This document shows, in pieces, positions 49,036-52,892 of a stretch of 52,892 bases of DNA (position 1 is the stretch's first letter; every line of letters starts with the position of its first letter). A program made the translations under genes and the position numbers. The DNA lies in assembly GCA_048939015.1 (NCBI GenBank), contig JBHLPW010000036.1, positions 1-52,892 on the forward strand, read 5' to 3'. The DNA comes from Promethearchaeota archaeon. GTDB taxonomy: Archaea > Asgardarchaeota > Lokiarchaeia > Sigyniarchaeales > SOKP01. The notes beneath the pieces are model-generated. The model was given only the letters and a program-made list of their open reading frames with translations. It made no database searches and was not told the DNA's origin.

Positions 49036-50125
49036 CTATATCACTTATCAATTTGTCTTTATCAAATGGAATAAAAATATCATCTAAAATTGAACCATTT
49101 GCTTCTTTTATTTTTAAGTTAGTTACTATAGGTTCGAATCTACCACCTAATATTCCATCGGCTATAAAAGCGGCACCTTGAGCTGCACGTTTTGCTATTT
49201 GGCTAAATGATTTCATAACTCTTACAGGTGCAACATCACTTAAACCTTTAATCATTATATCTCGTAAATATGGTAGATTTGCTCCTCTTCCTGCTAATAA
49301 TACTTCTTTGATTTTTTCTTTTGATGAAAATGAGGAAGATATTCCAAAAACAGCCTTTTTCACACTAGATAAATAAGCTTTTAATGCAACCTTAGTTTGT
49401 TCATCTTTTTCAGCTAAAAGTGTTATTTCTTTCAAGCTTAAATCCGAATAGCCAGAAATATATGCTACTCCACCTTTGTAAATATTTTTCTTATGAATAG
49501 TTTTAATTAAATAGGCTAATTCTCCATCAAGACTACCACAGGCTCTAAAACCCATTATATTACTTCCTCCAATCCCATCGATTATTTGTCCATTTTCAAT
49601 TGCTAAAACCGCTGTAAATCCATACCCTATCTCAACTAAAATAAAATTGGTATTCTCTGGACCAACTCGTAATTTTTCCATTTGATCTCTTATTCCCGTA
49701 ACAGTCGTGCAAATCTTATCTGCTGTACCCATATCAATTTTATTAATTTTTCGATACTTTGGAACGGTGGGTAAATGCTTGACTCCAGGAACAATGATAC
49801 CTGAAATCTTTTGAGCTTTGATAAGTCTTAAAACTTCACCAAGACCAACTAATTTATCTTTGTCTTTTTGATCAAATTTTAATAATGTAAAAAAAATATC
49901 CTGCTCCGTTAAATCTTTTACGTCTTTTAAAGGAAGTCCAAATCCACTCGGAGCTACCATTAGATCAATATCCTTTACAGAATTAATTATAGTAATTGCT
50001 TTCTGAGGATTAGCGATTAGTTCTTTAGTTGGTAGAGAAGTATCAAGAATTGTTTTATTATCCTCCAAACCGAAGAAGTCCCATGATAAACTGCCAGGAT
50101 CTATACCCAGAACTCTTTTAACCAT
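49031..50125 (-). CDS. DUF1464 family ASKHA-fold (butyrate/sugar kinase-like) protein
   Basis: LGIDPGS.SWD, APSGFG, PGVKHLPTVP..RKINKIDMGTADK, IDGIGG, GSLDGELAY and AAQGAA.IADG..GG motifs. Confidence 0.85.
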   Translation of the reverse strand: MVKRVLGIDPGSLSWDFFGLEDNKTILDTSLPTKELIANPQKAITIINSVKDIDLMVAPSGFGLPLKDVKDLTEQDIFFTLLKFDQKDKDKLVGLGEVLRLIKAQKISGIIVPGVKHLPTVPKYRKINKIDMGTADKICTTVTGIRDQMEKLRVGPENTNFILVEIGYGFTAVLAIENGQIIDGIGGSNIMGFRACGSLDGELAYLIKTIHKKNIYKGGVAYISGYSDLSLKEITLLAEKDEQTKVALKAYLSSVKKAVFGISSSFSSKEKIKEVLLAGRGANLPYLRDIMIKGLSDVAPVRVMKSFSQIAKRAAQGAAFIADGILGGRFEPIVTNLKIKEANGSILDDIFIPFDKDKLISDID

Positions 50126-50339
50126 TTCAAAGATTAAATTTATTAATACATTTTAGAAGATTCTATAATTCTTTTTATATTCTATTTTTTTTTAATAATT
50201 GCTTTTAAAATGTAAAATTTTTAAAAATTAACTTGAAACTATAAAAACAGTGCAAATTTTTAATATTTCAACATAAGAATGAATTCTTATACTAAGTTGT
50301 AAGAGAATAAAAAAAGGATTTTATAAGTGGTGAAAAAAG

Positions 50340-50870
50340 ATTTTTGTTAAAGTTTTTGTTTGTAAGATATGTGGAGAAGCTTATATTGGAGAAGAAGAAC
50401 CAAGCCGATGCCCTTTTTGTGGTGCTTTCAAAAAATATTTCGTAGAATCGACAGAATATGATGATACAGGAGCTTGGGATGTTGAACTAAGCGAAAAAGA
50501 TAAAGCCAATGTAGAAAAAGCTTTAGAAGTTGAGGTGTCGAACAATATCTTTTATAAATGTGCAAGTAATAAGACACCGGAATTAGATGGTCAAAAAATA
50601 TTCAAAATTCTGGCAAAAGTAGAAGCTGAACATGCTGCCGTGTGGAAGAAAATATTAAAGCTAGATAAAGTAGAATTCCCAAAATATGATAAATGTGCTA
50701 CCAAATATACTCCAAATTTAGAAGAATCTCATAGTAGGGAGGACAGAGCAATAAAATTTTATGGACAAGCAGCTGCTGAAGCCCAAAATTCGAGAGTAAA
50801 AGAAATATTTGAAGCTTTTGTAGAAGTTGAAACAGACCATCTCCATCTCTCAGAAGCGAGATTAAAATAA
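50340..50870 (+). CDS. Rubredoxin-ferritin-like fusion (reverse rubrerythrin-type); probable ATT start
   Basis: In-frame upstream FVCKICGE...PSRCPFCGA; diiron motifs EAEH, EDRAIKFY and ETDH. In-frame TGA at 50331-50333. Confidence 0.85.
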   Translation: MFVKVFVCKICGEAYIGEEEPSRCPFCGAFKKYFVESTEYDDTGAWDVELSEKDKANVEKALEVEVSNNIFYKCASNKTPELDGQKIFKILAKVEAEHAAVWKKILKLDKVEFPKYDKCATKYTPNLEESHSREDRAIKFYGQAAAEAQNSRVKEIFEAFVEVETDHLHLSEARLK

Positions 50871-50970
50871 TAAGAACCTATAATTGAAAACCTTATTTTT
50901 CATTTTTATTTTTCTTACTTATGTTAAAATTATTCATAATTCTTCATTTAGACATTTTTGGGGATGTTAT

Positions 50971-52503
50971 ATGAGTGAAAAAATGAATGTCCTTTTTATC
51001 ATTACAGATCAACAACGTGCTGATATGTTACATTGTTATGGTAATCCTCTTATTAAAACACCCAATATTGATTTGCTTGCTAAAGAAAGTGTTAGATTCT
51101 CTAATGCTTTCACAGTTTGTCCGATGTGTATGCCTAATAGAGCTACTTTATTGACTGGATATTATCCTAATGTCCATGGTGTTAGAAGTAATGGAATTAA
51201 TTTACCAAAAGAGATACCAACAATAACTCAATCATTAGTTAGGAATGGATATCATACAATTAGTATAGGAAAAACTCATTATAATACTTGGACATGTCGT
51301 TACAACCCTAAAACGAAATCTGCAGAAGATTTTGAGGATTGGAAATCTAAAAAACCCAAAGGAGCTTATTTAACTCATGAGAATTTTCCAATACCTTATT
51401 ACGGATTTGAAGAGGTTGATTTAGTTGTTGGGCATGGTAATACATGCTTAGGGCATTATCTTGATTGGATTGAGGAGAAGGATCCCAAAATTGCAGAAAA
51501 AATTGTAGAGGAATATAATACTAAAGTACCAGCTTTAGAAGTTTTTTATGAAAGTTGGGTTCCATTGGAACTTTATAATACCACATATATCCAAAATAAC
51601 ACTATTGCTTTTTTAGAGAGGTTTGCTAAAGGTAATTATGGAAAAAAACCTTTCTTTCTACATTGTTCATTTCCAGATCCTCATCAACCTGTTTCACCAC
51701 CAGGAGAATATAGAGAGATGTATAAACCAGACGATATAATTCTTCCTGATAACGTGCATAATATAAAGAATTTGTATAAGCATCCTTATCTTAAGCAACA
51801 TTTAGAATACCCTCCTGTGAGAGGGGCAATGTTACGTGAGGAAACAGAAGAGAACATAAGAAAATTTATTGCTCTTAGTTATGGTTCAGTTTCTTTGATA
51901 GATCACGCAGTAGGTCAAATTTTAGCTTCATTGGAAAAGTTGGGTTTATCAGATAATACAATGGTAATTTTTACATCTGATCACGGCGATTATATGGGAG
52001 ATCATGGTATAATTTTAAAAGGAATCTCTCCTTTCAACGGTACTTTGCAGGTTCCTTTGATTTGGAAGGTTCCAGGAGTTACTAAACCTGCTGTTTCTGA
52101 TGCATTAATTAGTTCTGTTGATGTACCGAAGACAATTCTTGAATTACTTAATATCAGAGAAAGATACAGACCACCTGGAATGCAAGGTTACGACATGTCA
52201 CCTGTTTTGAAAAATTCTAAATTGGAATTAAGGGATTCTATTCTTATCACTGAAGATGAGGAAGTTGGACCACAAGGACCTTTATATACGAGAATAGTTC
52301 ATTTAATAACGAAAGATTATAAATTAACCAAATATGCTGAATTACCAGGATATGGGGATCTTTTCGACAGAAAAAACGATAAAGCAGAACTATATAATTT
52401 ATGGGAAAAAGATAAAGAGAAAAGGCTAGAAATATTAGATAAATTGTTCCATGAGTATTCAATAACTCGAAGCAGATTTCCAAAAAGAGATTCTGGTTTT
52501 TAA
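50971..52503 (+). CDS. Formylglycine-dependent sulfatase
   Basis: NVLFIITDQQR, CMPNRA (CxPxR), GKTH, PDPHQP, TSDHGD and VPLIW motifs. Confidence 0.92.
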   Translation: MSEKMNVLFIITDQQRADMLHCYGNPLIKTPNIDLLAKESVRFSNAFTVCPMCMPNRATLLTGYYPNVHGVRSNGINLPKEIPTITQSLVRNGYHTISIGKTHYNTWTCRYNPKTKSAEDFEDWKSKKPKGAYLTHENFPIPYYGFEEVDLVVGHGNTCLGHYLDWIEEKDPKIAEKIVEEYNTKVPALEVFYESWVPLELYNTTYIQNNTIAFLERFAKGNYGKKPFFLHCSFPDPHQPVSPPGEYREMYKPDDIILPDNVHNIKNLYKHPYLKQHLEYPPVRGAMLREETEENIRKFIALSYGSVSLIDHAVGQILASLEKLGLSDNTMVIFTSDHGDYMGDHGIILKGISPFNGTLQVPLIWKVPGVTKPAVSDALISSVDVPKTILELLNIRERYRPPGMQGYDMSPVLKNSKLELRDSILITEDEEVGPQGPLYTRIVHLITKDYKLTKYAELPGYGDLFDRKNDKAELYNLWEKDKEKRLEILDKLFHEYSITRSRFPKRDSGF

Positions 52504-52752
52504 GAATGAAAAAATCATCCTTTTCTAAATATATTCCCTTTTAATTCAAGATTATTTAAGTATAATACGTTAGAGATTAGAATTATCTTATTTTTAAGAA
52601 AAGTAAATATTTCTTTTTGTATAAATTGTTATTAAATATAATTTATAGTTTTAAAAAAGTAGTTGATTTAATTAAAATTAGAAGAAGATTTCTTAAATTA
52701 ATAAGAGATTTAAAATTATATATTATCAATACACCAGAAAAGGTTTTCATAA

Positions 52753-52892
52753 ATGAGTAAAATCAATGAAAATAATATTTACCAAGAACAAGTACCAAAA
52801 TTTCCTATTGCAGAACCCCATGATCTTTCTCCTCGTTCTAAATGGCTTAGAGACTATTATTTTAAGGGTTTAGATAGAGAATGGAATAATAA
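52753..52892 (+). CDS. 5' end of a gene truncated by the window edge (N-terminus reminiscent of glycyl radical enzymes)
   Basis: ATG behind AGGT, open to the window end: MSKINENNIYQEQVPKFPIAEPHDLSPRSKWLRDYYFKGLDREWNN. The family guess is weak. Confidence 0.5.
   Translation, partial: MSKINENNIYQEQVPKFPIAEPHDLSPRSKWLRDYYFKGLDREWNN

Noticed and set aside
50327-50349. GTG start plus frameshift as the explanation for the rubrerythrin N-terminus
   Set aside because: Possible through a homopolymer indel, but GGTGA at SD spacing before ATT and the parallel cases elsewhere make an ATT start more economical. Not excluded without reads.
2072-52483. Other short ORFs overlapping well-supported genes (e.g. 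3487, 4250, 7512, 14557, 23693, 25958, 32603, 33086, 42668, 47059, 52247)
   Set aside because: They lie antisense or out of frame to genes with clear family motifs and have no motifs of their own.
1-52892. Selenoprotein (in-frame TGA with SECIS), tRNA/rRNA genes, IS elements
   Set aside because: No gene showed a TGA interrupting a conserved domain, and no structured RNA gene, transposase or terminal inverted repeats were recognised by eye. A covariance-model scan would be needed to be certain.

Overview
AT-rich archaeal chromosomal window with dense coding, most consistent with an Asgard archaeon of the Lokiarchaeia type. This is inferred from an archaeal AlaRS, MptA, CofG/CofH, ArfC, EndoQ and a eukaryote-like ubiquitin cascade. 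No rRNA, tRNA, CRISPR array or transposase was recognised. The main feature is a ubiquitin-like locus at ~29.4-37.4 kb. It encodes two paralogous Ubls that end in a single Gly (IPAS[T/I]AG, not GG) and carry acidic N-terminal tails, plus a third membrane-anchored Ubl of the same family with no terminal Gly. It also has an E1 with a catalytic-Cys insert, an HPN-type E2 with a basic loop insertion, an intact JAMM/MPN protease and a ~6-TM membrane protein with a C-terminal variant RING. The architecture resembles a membrane quality-control (ERAD-like) module. Second, at least five or six genes have conserved N-terminal motifs upstream of any ATG/GTG/TTG and appear to start at ATT/ATA/ATC codons, usually behind an SD-like motif. 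Other notable items: an SCP2-domain glycyl radical enzyme with its activase and an AOR, an amidohydrolase coupled to arfC-cofG-cofH (candidate for the pyrimidine deaminase step), a ~158-bp diverged direct repeat flanking a PAS kinase/receiver pair, and two operator-like palindromes. All calls come from reading motifs by eye; no searches were run.
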